From NCBI RefSeq assembly GCF_018350175.1, contig NC_058368.1, positions 181,228,001 to 181,292,000 of the forward strand: a stretch of DNA of 64,000 nt, in the 5' to 3' direction. Position 1 is the stretch's first letter, and every line of letters begins with the position of its first letter. The notes under the pieces were generated by a model. It was given only the letters and a program-made list of their open reading frames with translations. It ran no database searches and was not told the origin of the DNA. The position numbers and the translations under genes are program-made. Positions 63,140 to 64,000 of the stretch are shown piece after piece. This DNA comes from Felis catus. Taxonomy: Eukaryota.

Positions 63140-64000
63140 TGGTAAGAGAGAGTCTGAAGCTCTAAACTGAAAAACAAAAATAAATACCAAGCCAAATTAA
63201 CTGGAAGTAAATTTTGAGAGAAAGACACTCCCCCCAAAAAGCAAAAAACAGGCACTGTGAATACTGCTTTTAAGGTTTGAATGCATTATAACATGGAATT
63301 TCAGAATCATACTGGAATTTCCAAGGGTCTACTGACATATTTGGAAGGACAATGTTGATCTATAATTGTGCTGAAGCCATACAAATTAAGCAATTTATCG
63401 GCATTGATATATGTAATTTCTGTGCTTAATATCTGCTAACTTAATTGATGTGTTGGTCATCATCTATTACTGCAAAACCTTCTATCACTGGATTATTAAA
63501 AATTTATTATGGTAGGAAATTTGAGTGCCCATTTGGTTACAGTCATACAGAAAGCTTTATATTCACAAATGACTAACACAGATAATCTTTTTCCATGGAC
63601 CAGGACTCACTGGTCATTGCACTATTTTACAGTGGATATAACAGGACTTTAATGAGTAAACTTGCAAAGATCATTTATGTAGACAATTCATTTCTGGAAA
63701 ATATTACATGTGCATACACAGAAGTACAAACGGAGGGGACAGACACAACAAACATAAAGTTATAAGATTATGATGAAACAAAACGGATTGGCAGTTTTTC
63801 TGCAATAAAAGGAATAGAAGAAATAGAATATAAGATTCCAGTTATGATTGCTCCATACCAAGTTGCTATTCTGCATATTTCTTTTGATAAGCATGTACAG
63901 ATGAAAAAATCCTGATGTCATATTTTTGCTAAGATAATTTGTTTTCAATTGCCAATAAAAATGGATTATAAGTAAAAGTGTAAAAAGCTAAGAATGAAAT

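Overview
AT-rich, CpG-poor mammalian genomic DNA from a felid (cat family), judged by about 21 feline-type tRNA-derived CanSINE copies and a young feline-type L1 3' end. I recognise no protein-coding exon, RNA gene, CpG island or CRISPR array. The window looks like deep intronic or intergenic sequence, and the ORF-track entries are TE-derived, microsatellite-derived or apparently chance ORFs. It is a layered record of transposons: CanSINEs, L1 of several ages, L2, MIR, L3/CR1, MLT1 and LTR16-like LTRs, and hAT DNA transposons (MER5, MER102, Cheshire/MER58, Charlie1). The most interesting item is a well-preserved fragment of the ancient AmnSINE1 family (about 34.93-35.17 kb) inside a roughly 3 kb block lacking younger TEs, a candidate exapted enhancer. 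Other notable items are a SINE whose A-box appears replaced by locally templated sequence, a palindromic compound microsatellite, a Charlie1 relic carrying six later insertions, and several unverified splice-site pairs. I found no evidence of a new multi-gene system. All TE family names come from recalled consensus sequences, not from a database search.
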